Shown here: piece by piece, positions 38,595 through 62,699 of the stretch
Numbering within the stretch: position 1 is the first letter of the stretch
Layout of the letters: each line of letters opens with the position of its first letter
Source: Haliotis cracherodii
Lineage: Eukaryota
Assembly: GCF_022045235.1 (NCBI RefSeq)
Contig: NW_027266272.1
Coordinates: forward strand, 2,852,001-2,916,000
Length of the DNA stretch: 64,000 nt
Direction: 5' to 3'
Program-made: the position numbers and the translations under genes
The notes under the pieces: model-generated
What the model saw: the letters and a program-made list of their open reading frames with translations, nothing else
What the model was told of the DNA's origin: nothing
Databases searched by the model: none

Positions 38595-39690
38595 TTGTAA
38601 AGACAAATACGTGAAGGAGACCCGACCTCTTGTAAAGACAAATACATGAAGGAGACCCGACCTCTTGTAAAGACAAATACGTGAAGGAGACCCGACCTAT
38701 TGTAAAGACAAATACGTGAAGGAGACCCGACCTATTGTAAAGACAAATAAGTGATGGAGACCCGACCTATTGTAAAGACAAATACGTGAAGGAGACCCGA
38801 TCTATTGTAAAGACCAATACATGATGGAGACCCGACCTATTGTTAAGACCAATACGTCATGGAGACCCGACCCATTAAGACCAATACGTGATGGAGACCC
38901 GACGTATTGGGAAGACCAATACGTCATGGAGACCCGATGTATAGTAAAGACCAATATGTGATGGAGACCCGATCTATTGTAAAGACCAATACGTGATGGA
39001 GACCCGACCTATTGTAAAGACCAATACGTGTCGGAGACCCGACTTATTGTAAAGACAAATACGTGATGGAGACCCGATCTATTGTAAAGACAAATACGTG
39101 ATGGAGGCCCGACTTATTGTAAAGACCAATACGTGATGGAGACCCGACTTATTGTAAAGACCAATACGTGTTGGAGACCCGACCTATTGTAAAGACAAAT
39201 ACGTGATGGAGACCCGATCTATTGTAAAGACAAATACGTGATGGAGACCAGACCTATTGTAAAGACCAATACGTGATGGAGACCCGATTTATTGTAAAGA
39301 CCAATACGTGTCGGAGACCTGACCTATTGTAAAGACCAACACGTGTTGGAGACCAGATCTATTGTAAAGACCAATACGTGTTGGAGACCAGATCTATTGT
39401 AAAGACAAATACGTGTTGGAGACCAGATCTATATTTTGTAAAGACCAATACGTGTTGGAGACCAGATCTATTGTAAAGACAAATACGTGTTGGAGACCCG
39501 ATCTATTGTAAAGACAAATACGTGTTGGAGACCAGACCTATTGTAAAGACAAATACGTGTTGGAGACCCTATCTATTGTAAAGACAAATACGTGTTGGAG
39601 ACCCTATCTATTGTAAAGACCAATACGTGTTGGAGACCAGACCTATTGTAAAGACCAATACGTGATGGAGACCCGACCTTTTGTAAATAC
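38595..39690. repeat. 35-bp minisatellite (~31 copies) upstream of tubulin A
   Basis: Unit TTGTAAAGAC(A/C)AATACGTG(A/T)TGGAGACCCGACCTA, decaying rightwards to ~39830. Confidence 0.92.
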
Positions 39691-42543
39691 CAATGCTTGG
39701 TGGAGGACTCAACGTAACTTGGACCTCGGTCTGAAGGAGATCCGACATAGTTAGAAGTCGGTGTTATAAGGAACACCGACGTATGTAAGAGATCCATGTT
39801 TGATGGAGAACCGACGTATTCTTGGGACCGGTGTGTTAGCTGATCTTTAATGTGAAACGCACCTTGTACTTACCAAGTAATTCATAAATGGGGGCTATAA
39901 CCCACATGAGATCAAATACAACATATACGTAGATATGATATATTTAGACCCAGAAGTCATGCTTGAAAGACGAATAAACACCATGACATAGATTTGGCCT
40001 CAGGGGTACAATACATACGGCCGGAATGTTCTCTCGCTCACTACCGGTATGAGAATGATAGTTTTATGTCAGGGGTACAACACGTGCAGCCAGAATGTCC
40101 TGTCGAAGAAAGGAAAATGAGATCACTACCGCTGCGATAATGCTTCGTGTGTCCTATCCCTTATCTTGATTTCACACTCCACAGCTAAACACGAAACATT
40201 AGGATATAAATATGCCCTTATTTGTGACTGAACAGAAGTGTCGAGGTACTAAGCAGTTCGAGACATCCGGAGATGCCCGGCGTTAGCCGTCAATATGATA
40301 GTGATCACGGGGCCCTGTTATACAGTATTATTCGTATTTTCGGATTTCAGATATAAATTTTCCGAGACTACATCATAATGATGTCAAATCTTTCTGAGCC
40401 GTCAGTTCCAGATGCAGTTTATGGCTGTTAAGTCCACAGGTAACCTAGGTCTACATTGACAACACTATAAGTTGTATCAGTGACATGAGTGGTATCTGTG
40501 GATCGTGGAATTAAAGCTTGCACGGGACGCGTAAAACTCTATACCCCAAATAGGTACAGCTACAGGATTTTTTTTAGCTCTGGGAAAGTATGCGTGCGTG
40601 CGTGCGTGCGTGCGTGCGTGTTGAGGAGGCGGGAGGTGGGTATAAATGTCGTCCGCGTCGGTAGTGTATACTGCGTGATGTCGCATATAAATCCAGATAT
40701 TATTGTGTTCATAATAACTTTTAACACGAATATTATTGATCACTATTGATAAAGCAGAGACAGGCATAATAATTCGTTATAAGATACCATTATATTAAAA
40801 CAACGTTTTAATACCTGAAGTCTTTCTTTATGATATCAAACTTCGATTGTGTGATATTATTTAGTCATATGACGAAATTTCAAAATGGAATTACTGATGT
40901 CAATAAATAATATCAATTACAAATATCACGAATTCGTTTAGAACTGCCAGTATTAATGATTGAAATGATTGATTTCAATGAATTGATTGATTCATATTAC
41001 CATTTAATAGAGCCCCCCACAACCTCTGGAGGAACAGACGATGTTTAGTGGTTATTTAGGAGATAAAACTAATGTCTTTTGAAATTTGGTACTGTAACAG
41101 TGTAGAGTAGATACCTTTTCTACCTCTACCTTTTAACCAATCAGAATCAAGCATTCTTCAATGTCATAGTAGAATATGTAGTATCGACTTCTTCTGTCTG
41201 TTATATATCTTGTAGTAGTGTAGTGTAAGTTATTACGCTGCTTACATTGGTATTACGGGTTAGAATATGTCACCAGCAGCCGATGTGTTCACCCGTAAAG
41301 ATCCGGGTCAGAATAGGTCTTCAGCAAACCATGCTTGTCGTAAGAGGCGACTAACGGGATCGGGTGGTCAGGCTCGCTGATTGGGTTATACATGTTATCG
41401 TATCCCTATTGCGTGGATCGATGCTCATCATATCAATCATTGGATGGTGTGGTCCAGGTTCGATTATTTACAGACGGGCGTCAAAAAGCTGGAATATTGC
41501 TGAGTGCGGCGTTAAACAACAAACAAACAAGCAAACAAACGCATCCTATGATGGTCGTCAGATGCAAGTGCACGTAGCGGGTGGTCAGACACGATGGCAC
41601 TGTGGATGGCGTGTCAACTTACCCCGAATGTGTGGGACGGGGTTCATGATACAGTCACTGATTTTTACAGGCCGTCGTCATATACATATAGTTAACGGGG
41701 GCGGGGAGGGGTGTGTGGGGTATGAAAGGGTTATTGAGACCTGTTATTTTTTCAGTTACAGCTGCAAAACTTTTATTATTTGAAATCATGAACCAAAATT
41801 TGTTTGTAAGACGCAAAATGGAATTTTTGAGGCAGACAACTTTTTTAAAAACAATATGGATCTTAATTATTTTCGGGGACAATTTATTTCTTTCGATAAA
41901 ATCCCAGGCACCCTAGAAAGACCCTTAAGCCTACATTCGCAAAACTGAGGTGTACATCAGTGTGGTAGGCAGGATCAGTGTAACTTTCTGTTCGCTCCAA
42001 AAGCTTATAAAGCCACCCTGTTGTGTGTTTGTTTGTTTGTTTGTTTGTTTGTTTATTCGGGCCTGGACCAGACAATCCATTGATTGACATCATGAGCATC
42101 GATAGTCGCCTTTTACGGCAAGCATGGGTTGCTGGAGACCTATTCTACCCCGGGTCGTCACGGGTAGCATCAGACATTATAATGTTACATCAGACATTCA
42201 TGTGTTGTCTGGAGGGGGACATGGGTTGATGAACCCTCTAGGTTAGTTAATGTTCCCCGAGCAATAAGATGTCATACATCAACCAAGTCAGTGAGCCATG
42301 ACCATCCGATCCCGTTAGTTGCCTCTTACGACAAGCATGGGTTGCTGAAGACCTATTCTAGCCCGGGTCGTCACAGGTTCATTGGACAAATACAAGAACA
42401 GGGACTTATTATACGTCAAAAATATTTATTATTGGCACATGTATGAACACTAGTTGTATTGAATGTATCAAATAATCGCATTGTCCTTCAGTTGTCAAAA
42501 TGGATTTCATGTTGAATCATGGGGAGTGAGGATGGAGTTGTAC

Positions 42544-45079
<2,536 letters not shown>

Positions 45080-45771
45080 GATTGAAGTCTGGCACTATAC
45101 AAAAACTCCCTGGACCGGCGATGAAGTCTCGTGGAGAGTTGAAGTATTGCCGTCCATCAATTCCACCCTTACATAACCGTTCCTGGCTGTGTTCTTCGCC
45201 AGAGTGGGGCCTATCTCATTTGTCCTTGACAACAGAGTCGCCTTGTGTGTCTCGCGCTTAACCAGGAAGGGATTTAATCAGTTAGGAGGCGTCTTTCTTA
45301 TCTGAGAGTCTTGTGAGTTTGAACACAGTGAGAACTTTCTTTGCTACTTGAAGTACAAAAAACTCCTGACCTACTGTAGTAAATAATAGTCAACATTATA
45401 CAGGATAATTATGAGAAATTGTTTCAAAATTGCAACTCATGTTTGCAGTCAAACCGATCACATTCAACCAGCTCGTCTTTGCCTTTAATATGTATGCTTC
45501 ATGTCTTAATCGAATTCCTGCAAAGGCAAGCGCCAGGACAATAAGCGTTGGTTTTTGTTCTCATTTTGTTACGAAAAGTCTTATTGTCGTTGAAACTCAA
45601 TGTTATGAACAACTGAATCTTAACAGAAACAGAGTAATACGATTACAACAGTATTTAACACAAAAATGCACAGCCAAAAATCAACATAAAAAGATCATAT
45701 GATTTGTTTCTTATGGTTTCTGTAACCGTGTTGTTACCATTGTTTTGTCAGTAAGACGACATCGTTAACTC

Positions 45772-46503
45772 TGTAGGGACCAGGTGGAGGGACGCCCACA
45801 GTGCCCTAGGACGAGTCTCAGGGGGAAGTGTAGGGACTAGGAATAGGACCAGCCACAGTACCCTAGGACAAGTCTCAGGGGCGAGTGTAGGGACCAGGAG
45901 GAGGGACGTCCACAGTGCCCTTGGACGAGTCTCAGGGGGAAGTATAGGGACCAGGAGGAGGGCCAGCCACAGTGCCCTAGGATGAGTCTCAGGGGGAGTG
46001 TAGGGACCAGAAGGAGGACGTATCTCAGGGGAAGTGTAGGGACCAGGAGGAGGGCCAGCCACAGTGTTCTAGGACGAGACTCAGGGGAAAGTGTAGGTGC
46101 CAGGAGGAGGGCCAGCCACAGTGCCCTAGGACGAGTCTCACAGGAAGTGTAGGTGCCAGGAGGAGGGCCAGCCACAGTGCCCTAGGACGAGTCTCACAGG
46201 AAGTGTAGGGACCAGGAGGAGGGCCAGCCACAGTGCCCTAGGACGAGTCTCACAGGAGGTGTAGGGACCAGGAGGAGGGCCAGCCACAGTGCCCTAGGAC
46301 GAGTCTCACAGGAAGTGTAGGTGCCAGGAGGAGGGCAAGCCACGGTGCCCTAGGACGAGTCTCACAGGAAGTGTAGGGACCAGGAGGAGGGCCAGCCACA
46401 GTGCCCTAGGACGAGTCTCACAGGAAGTGTAGGGACCAGGAGGAGGGCCAGCCACAGTGCCCTAGGACGAGTCTCACAGGAAGTGTAGGTGCCAGGAGGA
46501 GGA
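45772..46503. repeat. 56-bp GC-rich minisatellite (~13 copies)
   Basis: Unit GTGTAGGGACCAGGAGGAGGGCCAGCCACAGTGCCCTAGGACGAGTCTCACAGGAA. Confidence 0.92.
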
Positions 46504-49500
46504 ACATGAGTCGGGTGTTGTTGCTCACCCTGATCCCGTACTCGAGGGTCTTGTAGGAGTTACAGTCGCCAGGTTGCGGAGAGTTTGCCCGAGTGGTTCC
46601 CTCGTGAAGGTCACCTGCCTCTCTGTCTTTGGACCAACCTGATCCAGAAGCTCCAGTAACCACCCACAGGAAGTTTTGGAACCCTGTCCGGACCTGTTGT
46701 GCCAGTTTCTGCAGCAAGCTTCCAGTTTCAACAAACCTTGAGCTTGACTTGACCGCGGCGTCTGCGGACAACCAAGATGGTGGCCGCAACCAACCTGTTG
46801 TATTGTTACCACCCTGTATTGGCAATATACAGTCGGCTGCTGGTGTGCCATGTTGCTGCGATAAGCACTGTGTTGTTTATGCTGCGAATACCAGTAAAAG
46901 TGCCAGACTTCAGTCCTATTCCTGGGAGTGTAGGAATACTGTCCAACAATGAATTATTTCCTGAAACAATTCTGTGAAATGCTTCTACATTTGCTGCGAC
47001 AACGGGGCAAATTCAGTTACATCGTTCAGCGCAAGCGCAAACCCCGCGCATTCTTTTACCAACCAATCAGGAAACAGTAGTCCGCTAGCTAATCAAATGT
47101 GAACGGTACATCAAGTTATGTGGCAGCGAATTTATCTTGCCCATACTGTAATTATATTGCAGAGCTGTCGTTGTCCCATATATATTCATGTATTGAACAT
47201 GTTTTTGTAATTTTGATAATATCATGCAGAAGTGGGATTATCTAGTACTGGTAGATACTGTACATATATGGTTGTAAATCTTTGATCTTTCGGGCACCAT
47301 TGGATAGCGTATGTTCAGCGCTTTACTGTGGTATCTACATTTTTTTAATAGTAAGTTTGCCAGTCGGGTTTTCCCTATGTTTGAAAACACATCTTGTTCA
47401 GCTCGTCATTCGTATAAAACTCTGGGCGAAATTATGTGTTTTTACGCCCGGGTATCGCTAGAATCTTTACGGGTCGTCTTGCTACTGTTTTGGTCAGGTC
47501 AAAACTTAGGTTTCATTAGTAAGTGGTTATGGGGCAGTTTACTCTCTGGTACTGACTTACTCTGGTGGTATTGAGCTAACATTATTAGCTAGGCTTTCAT
47601 ATTTTGAACCAGCTTTTCTAGTAATCCGTGGATAACCAACTTTTCCGTGATCGCTTAGTTTAGGTCAAGTACCTATTTATGATTGGGAGTCAAGTTACTC
47701 TTTGGGTCAAGGTCTTTTTTTTTAATGACTGTGAGTCTAAATACTCCGTAAGTCAAGTACCTTGTATTTTTGGACGTCTAGTACTTCCTTGGCCAGTCAC
47801 AGTGACTGAGACATTAGTATATAAGACTAGTTTGTTATTCAGGCGTTTTCGTCTATTTTATTGTCCAAGAAACTTTCTTTAGGGATAAGCCTTCAGTGTC
47901 TATATCTCCCTATCTTACCCCGAGGTGGTCTCCTCCCATTAGTAAGAGGAGTTAGTTGAGGTTATTCAATAATTAGAGTGTTGAGTTAATTAACTCTTAG
48001 TTGTTAATTGGTCGCAGCCGACTTAATTGGATGCCAATGTATCCTGCCAATTACTAGTATATTATTTTCTTAAGTGTAAATCAATCTTGTCAATCGGATA
48101 AAGCCGATTGTCGGATTAACAAATGTGGGATTAACAAGTGCTGTTCTTGTCAAAGTGTTGATTTAGCTACTATCCTTTTTTATTACTGTTATATATCCCG
48201 GATTCTTAATGTCCGCCCCCTTGGTAGTGTAAACAGCATATAAATCCAGTCACATGATATCTAAAAATAGATATCAGTAAATAATTTTCAATTGCTGTTA
48301 TCACGAATTCGTTTAAAACTCCTAATATTAATAATTGCAATGACTGAGTTCAATAAATTGATTGATTATTATTCATATTGGCGACTATGCTTGTCGTAAG
48401 AGGCGACTGATGGGATCGGGTGGTCAGGCTCGCTGACTTGCGTAATTGGTTAATGCATGTCATCGATCCCAATTTCGTGGATCGATGCTCATGATATCAA
48501 TCACTAGATTGTCTGGTCCAGACTCGATTATTTACAGACCGCCGTCACATAGCCGGAATATTGCTGAGTGCGGCGTTAAACAACAAACAAACAAACAATC
48601 GCGTTAAATCCAGCTCAGTCAAGTCTGCGGTGTATTGGTGATAAGGCTGTGGGTGGTTGCGAGTTGTCTGCTCAATGAACGCCAGCGCGTTGCTAATAAC
48701 TACCCCAAACATGTCGTGCACTCATAGCTAGTCTACTTGTACTTCCTCAACAGCAATATAATCTCTGCTTGACAGTTGATAGATAACAAGAACTGATATG
48801 TTTCTGGAGAGATTCGAGGCTGTGGCTAGGGTGTTACCCCGTCCCGCAAGCATTCGTATCGATAGCTTATATACACATGGGTACTGTTACGATTTGTATG
48901 TTAAGTGAAGCAGAGGCTCACTCCGACTTGTTGCTTAAATATTACTTGCAGCATCATAATGTGTCTTTGCAGTTTAACGCTGCACTAATATTCCAACTAT
49001 ATGACGGCGGTCTGTGAACATCAGTGAGTGTATTATGAACACCGTCCCGCACATTCGGGGTAGGTCGACACGCCATCCACTAGCCACCGAGCCTGACTAC
49101 CCGCTACATGTAGATGCATCTGCGACCAGCACAGGTTTTGTTTGTTATTTAACGCGGTACACAGTTAAAGGACGGTGTGACGCCACCGTGAACTTTACTG
49201 CAGTTATATATATGGCGGGTTGATGTAGTATGAAATCGCCTAAAATGATGCAGGGCGTAGACGATAAGCACGTATATGGTGTAGGCAAACCAAGGACTAT
49301 CATCAGGGCTAATCTGAGATTCGAACTCAAGATCGTCGGATCCTGGCACGATAAAGCGAAGCAACGAATAATACATGTCTTTATAGTTTGTGTTTGTGTA
49401 AAGGCCAATTCTACCCGTATCTTCACGGGAGACAAGCGTAGGTTCCTGGGGAATTTCTAACCCCCAACCCCGAATCGTCAAGGGTATAACGCGATTGTAA

Positions 49501-49912
49501 GCTATGTTTCATGTGTATCTAAGTCAGAGCAAGTATGTGACCCAAGGTGAATTTGTTACAATGTGTATGACGTATTATCGGTGCGGCAAGGGATTCCAAA
49601 CTAGGATCATTGGCTTCTGGAGTGCATAAGGGACACAACTCAACACAGCAAATGGCGTCGCTGCATACGACCGGATCAAAGGGGTCCCTATCAACTCTTA
49701 GACCGCGAATGGACTCATTGGACAAATAAAAGAACAGGGGAATGTATATTTGTCAAAAATATTTTTATTGGCACATATATGAAACCTATTAAATACATTT
49801 TGGTTTACACCTGAGATCACAGTTGTTGTATTGTTTGTATCAGTTATTTTCTCCCAAAATGTTTAAATCGGATTTCATGTTGCATCAAAGGGGATGGTGG
49901 ATGGAGTTGAAA

Positions 49913-53081
<3,169 letters not shown>

Positions 53082-56000
53082 GATTGAAGTTTGGCACTAT
53101 ACAAAAACTCACTGGACTGGCGATGAAGTCTCGTTGAGAGTTGAAGTATGCCAATCCACCCGCCTCCACCCTTATATACCAGTACCCGGTCCCTTGTTGT
53201 GTTCGTCGTCAGGGTGGGGGCAATCTGATTGGTCCTTGGCAACACGGTCGCCGTGTGCGACTCGCGCGTAACCAGGTAGCGCCTTTGTCATTTGGAGGTG
53301 CGTGTCCTTTCTAATCCGAGAGTTTTGTCAGGCCTGTATGTTTGGTGAAATCTACCCTACCCTTGTTAGTTACTTATTATCATTGAGTACAGACGCGTCT
53401 CCCCACGAACTCGTATCTTTTTCAACAAGGTATTCTCATTTAGATATCTTTAAGTTTAATCTTTGAAGTTTAAACAATTTAAATATTAGATGAGAACGAC
53501 GTACAGTAAACTACGGTTATAACGAACACGCTTATAACGGACTGACGGATATAACGAACTTACTTTTTGGACCCGACTATTTGCTGGAGTTATACTGTAC
53601 ATATGCTTATAACGAACTACGGTTATAACGAACTAAAATTAGTTGTCCCTTTGAGTTCGTTATATCCGTAGTTTACCGTATTTGTTCATTGTATTACCAC
53701 AGAGAGCTGTTCTGTTGTTGAACGACACTGGTAGCCCAGGAGACACAGATTATAGGATAGGTTTGTTATGGTTTCGAATCCCTTGCGGTTACCTTTGTCT
53801 TGTCAGACGACATTGTCAGACGACATTGTTAACTCTGATCTTGTAGCATTAATGCCCTCTGTATTGGCGTATCTATCTTGCCTAATCGCGTCACACCTGT
53901 GTCGCGAGGTAAACGATATCGTGAGGTATGTGACTTGAGGTTCGTCAGGGTCCGTTAAGAGTAAATCTTGATGAGCCCCGTGAACTAGTAACAGAAATAT
54001 TGATGAACACGAACTGGCCCTGACTTGATTGTCTGGTGGATAAAGTGGTTGAGTGAGATTCCATATCCTGATTATTACTCGTAATCACTTGGCTGAATCA
54101 TACATACAGTTAAATCTCGCACTGGTTCTAACACAGTTGTACAGTGCAGCGGTTGTATGGGTATCCTTACTTTCCAACAATGATTTATTTTGTAATATAT
54201 TGTAATATATTGCGAATCCAGAAATACACAGCTTCAAGAGAAACGTAGTATCCATTCAAAAAACGTTATTTAAGAAATGACCAAAATAATATGGACGTCA
54301 ATTCTTATGAATAAAAAAGTAAACAATAATAACTTCACAGACTGCTTCTTTAATCATTAACACAAATTCTGTGGACAATGACACGAAATAAGTGACATCG
54401 TTCAGCGCAAACACAAACCCCGCCGACTCCATAACTAGCCAATCAGGAAACAATAGCCAGCTAACTGACGTGGCCCACGTTTATTCAGGTTTATCGTTAG
54501 CTAATCAAATGTGAAGGAATCGTTTGCAATATAATCAAGTCTGAACCAGACAATCCAGTGGTTGACATCATGAGCATCGATAGTCGTCTTTTACGGCAAG
54601 CATGGGTTGCTGAAGACCTATTCTACCCCGGATCTTCACAGGTCCCCTGGTGTTGGTAAATGATTTTCAATGACTTGGTAAAGTCAGCGAGCCTGACCAC
54701 GCGATCCTCTTACGACAAGCATAGTAGCCCTTTACGGCAAGCATGAAGACCTATTCTACCCCGGATCGTCACGGGTAGCAATTTATATCTAATGATACAT
54801 CAGACATTAATGAAAGGTACGTCTTTAATTATTCACTTAAGGATTGACTGAAGTGTGTATTTTTTTCGGTTCATTGAGGTATGAATCGAAAAATCGATGT
54901 GCAAACTGTATGAATCCGCGTAGCGTTGCATTGACAATAAAGATGCTGAAATCCATAAGTGAACTCTGTCTCCCCGAACGATAACAGATACATGTATTCA
55001 ATTTGAGATTACTGCATAACCATTATTCGCTATTCCGGACATTTGTTAATCCGGACGCTATCATTGGAAATTGTATATCAGATTAACGGGGTTTCAAAGA
55101 ATCGAGTTCTTAAAAGATTCATCTGATTATGGTAATGATATTTTGTATGAGTATAACCCTCACTAAACCAGTGGTGATGTGTCTGTCTGATCTCGGACAA
55201 CGACCGTCACAGAAAGTGAAACCTCTATTATAATCAACTCATCGTATACCGGGCACGGCGGGCCCAGTCGTCTAAGGCGCTGCAATCCGCTGTGCAGAAT
55301 TGCGTCCCTCGGGCACGGCAGAAACCTACGATTGGTTTTGTTTTTTGTTTAACACCGCACTCAGCAATATTCAAACTATATGACGGCGGTCTGTAAATAA
55401 TCGAGTCTGGACCAGACAATCCAGTGATTGACATCATGAGCATCGATCCACACAATCGGGATACGATGACAAGCATCAACCAAGTCAGCGAGACTGACCA
55501 CCCGATCCAAGAAACCTTTGAGTGTGGGTTCGCCCCTATTATGTTTTAGGTTAGGTACCATGCTCGTGGATTCATCAAAGTGGTACATGTCTGAGGTCTG
55601 CATCACTTCGGGATTTCCTCCCACATTGAGCCGAAAATCAGTTATATTCTGGAATACCGTTAAAAGCGGAGTTGAACCAAACTCAGTCATTCAAGGCGAA
55701 CTTGGGTGCTATGCATATATATATTGTAATGTGTATCCGCGACCAGGTAATATCCCATATATGTCCTATCAGCCTATAAAACCCTATCAGCCTTGGGTTA
55801 GCAAGGTTTAATATTTATTCCAAGTATATTGTTATAGCGTTTGTTTTTCATTATAGTACTGATATGTCCCATTATTAAGACAACGTTTAGAAATAATAGA
55901 AATAAACCACAATCACGATAGGACTAAATGAAAAGGCCACACTTTCCTCCTTTTTTTATCAATACATCTGATTTTATAAGAGTCATAATCTGAGATGAAC

Positions 56001-56088
56001 TTTCGTCATTGTGGTTTTTTTGGTAAGTTTCAGATAGGCATCAGAAACCTTCGAAAACAAATCATATTCACATATTTCAAGATTCCAT

Positions 56089-56576
56089 ACAATCTCATTA
56101 AAATCAGACCTTAGTTCTCGCTACCGCTGAACAAAGATCTGAAGACATCCTATTAGGGGTCACGTCAGAACGACCTTTCATCCGACCAATCAGTGCGTCG
56201 CTTACAAGATTATGAAAGTGGCAATCGGAATGTGATTTCTCACCATACAACCTCGAAAACTTCAACATGGGGTATACCGAACGATAGTTACGGGTTTAAC
56301 GACTGATTCCTTACAATCTAGACGATCTATTAGCCATTCCAGAATGTTTTTTGTTCAGGTTTCAAATTCTTAATCGGAATTTGTCAAAATATGTTTCGAA
56401 GCGAAGTCGCCAATTTGAAATTAGTGCCGTAAAGCGCGAGAAAGCTGCCTTCTGATTGGTCATTCCATTGGTCGGTCAAAGTTCGTGCAAGGTCGGTCAG
56501 ATGTGACCCGTAATGGGGTGTCCTCAGATCTTTGTTCAGCGGTAGCGAGAACTAGGATCTGATTTTAATGAGATTT
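56089..56576. mobile_element. MITE with ~85-bp TIRs and probable 8-bp TSD GATTCCAT
   Basis: AATCTCATTAAAATCAGACCTTAGTTCTCGCTACCGCTGAACAAAGATCTGA... mirrored at ~56490-56575; absent from the paralogous segment near 62885. Confidence 0.8.
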
Positions 56577-57374
56577 GATTCCATGGTTCATATCGGGTTT
56601 AGTCGTCTATACATACTGATCTGGTTGTTTCGTTCCCTTCAGAGTGTATAGCAGTATGATTAGGTGATATATAATGAGGTGCGTCTATGGCCTAATTCGT
56701 CATGATCAGGCAAGAAAACCACCTGGGAACGATTCCCTACTCGGGTACAGTAAGTGCAGGCCATTTCTTGTGTTCTCTGCCGTGAGGTTGCTTTTGCGCC
56801 AAAACATTCAACCCAATCACTCATTTCACAATACACGGCATCGAGGGACACATCACTTTATTGATAGTGTACTGTGATCACATTTAGCAATATCACACTA
56901 TAATGGGTGACGAGCGAAGGCTTTTACCGTCCAAATCCACTGTACCAACCTTTCTATTCTAGCAACGACCCCAACCCCCAACCCCACCCAGGACAATTAT
57001 TTTCCCAGGAATACTCCCCCTAACATATCACATTTTTTAAAGAAAACTTTCTATTCCTAATTCTTGGGTTAGGTCAACTTTTTGGATGCTACAACCCGTG
57101 ATCATTAAAGTGCAAATTTTAAATGAACTACAGAGTAAGCATTTTCAATCATAATTACCAAAACATCTTCAAATATGTTCAACACGTTTTTATTCAATTC
57201 GATTTGGCACAATAGTGAAGCATGTGAATGCACTGGACTGTTCCCGTGATTCAGCGTAAATGATTGATATTACACCTTGCTATAAACGTCAGTGGTTTCT
57301 GAGCACAAGTTCTTTCGTCAATTGATCAAATCGGACTTCATGTTGAATCATGGGGATGGCGGATGTAGTTGCAC

Positions 57375-60875
<3,501 letters not shown>

Positions 60876-61549
60876 GATTGAAGTTTGGCACTATACAAAA
60901 ACTCCCTGGACCGGCGATGAAGTCTCGTGGAGAGTTGAAGTATGCCCGTCCACCCGCCTCCACGCTTTATATACCTGTCCTTTGGTGTGTTCGTTGTCAG
61001 GGTGGGGACAATCTCATTGGCCCTTGACAACACGGTGGCCCAGATGATGTATACATAGTACGACCTTCGCATTGGAGAGCTCGTTGGGCCTGGTTGTTGT
61101 GAAACTTAACCTAGATTTTGTCAGTTTTTAATTGACAACAAGTCAGGCTCGTTGACTTGGTTGATGCATGTCATCGTATCCCAATTGCGTGGATCGATGC
61201 TCATCGTGTCAATCCTTGGATTGTCTGGTCCAGACTCGATTATTTAAAGACCGCCGTCATATAGCTGGAATATTACTGGGTGGGGGATTAACCAACCAAC
61301 CAACAAACAGACAGACAAGTACATGGAAGCATGGCTTGTATATACATTTTTGAAATACTGTACAATGTTTGTATTTGAAAGTATTAAGAATGTGAATAGT
61401 TTAATGTCCTATCAGCCTGAGGCTATACATCTGGTCGGGTCTAATACCTGTATTTATTCCAAGTATGTTGTAAAAACGTTCCTTTGACATAGTAGAACCT
61501 TATTCAGAGTAATTCGATGATTAAGACAAACATAACCAATACTAGAAAT

Positions 61550-62699
61550 TAAGGGTGAAACGATACACCGATATTCCGATGCATCGCGATACTTGACCCA
61601 CGATACGATATACGATAAACGTGGGCCCATTTATCGATACGCCACGATACGGAACGCAAATCTCAAGTACAGCGTTTGCTCGCTATTGTGCCTTTCAATA
61701 AACCGCAAACTTGGTTATAGCGCGCGGTAACGCATGGCTCCCAAAAACGTACTTACATATTTAATAAGCTCAGGTTTTACACCGACAGATGTTTTTCCCC
61801 ATCTCATTAAACATTATCAGCTGATCCCCGCAAGCACATAACAATGGAAATACAAGTCAGCAAGTCCGAACTGAAGTACGCAATTCAATACCATTATTAT
61901 ACTATCTTGTTATTAAAACGTGTTCATTATATATCTGGACTTGTGTTTGTAGTATATTTTATTAATTTTACTCAAAATTTCATTTAATATTGTTTTCATT
62001 AAGTTAGGTGAAATCGTGTGTGAAGAGATACAGCAACCACGGTCAGATTACCGCTTTTGACGCATTGAAACAAACTTTAGTTGCTAGAGAATGGATACAT
62101 ATATGAAAAAAGGCCCTACTTTGACTCGTCAAAAGTCATATTTGTGGCAATTTGGCTAATATATGTCAACATAACGTTTTCGCAAACGAAATACATGTAG
62201 CACGGGAAGTCCCTAGGGTGACTGGTCAAATTGTTCCATACATGTACGTACAAATATCCTGTAACAGCAATCACCAGTACCAAATTGCTACATTTGTGGT
62301 TCTTATAATTTTAGATATATATATAGTAAAAGCTGCAACTAAGGTAACACGATATTGAATATATTATTCCTGATAAAATTCAGATACAATTTCTTCGACC
62401 ATTGCATCAAAATTCTTTGACGTTGTATCACTGGTGGAGCACATTAATTATTTTCTGGTGTTTGAACTTTGAATTGTTTTTAAGGAAAGTTAGAGAAAGT
62501 TCCACTTTGAAGCTGAACAACTTCAGTAGTCTTGTTATTATAAAATAATTTTGACTGTTCCAAAATCATGAAAGGTTCAAACTTGACATGCTTTAAGTCT
62601 TGTTTTTTTTATCATTGCGTATCGAGATACGTATCGTATCGTGACCAGAATATCGAGATGCGTATCGTATCGTGACCTTCCTGTATCGTTGCAGCCCTA
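61550..62699. mobile_element. Non-autonomous hAT-type DNA transposon (1.15 kb)
   Basis: 8-bp TSD CTAGAAAT (61542-61549 and 62700-62707); TIR TAGGGCTGCAACGATAC (imperfect on the left); subterminal CGATAC repeats; empty site in the paralogous segment near 55900. Confidence 0.85.

Noticed and set aside
47119-48253. Possible solo LTR (TG...CA)
   Set aside because: No matching TSD, and the right end resembles paralogous spacer DNA near 40650-40700.
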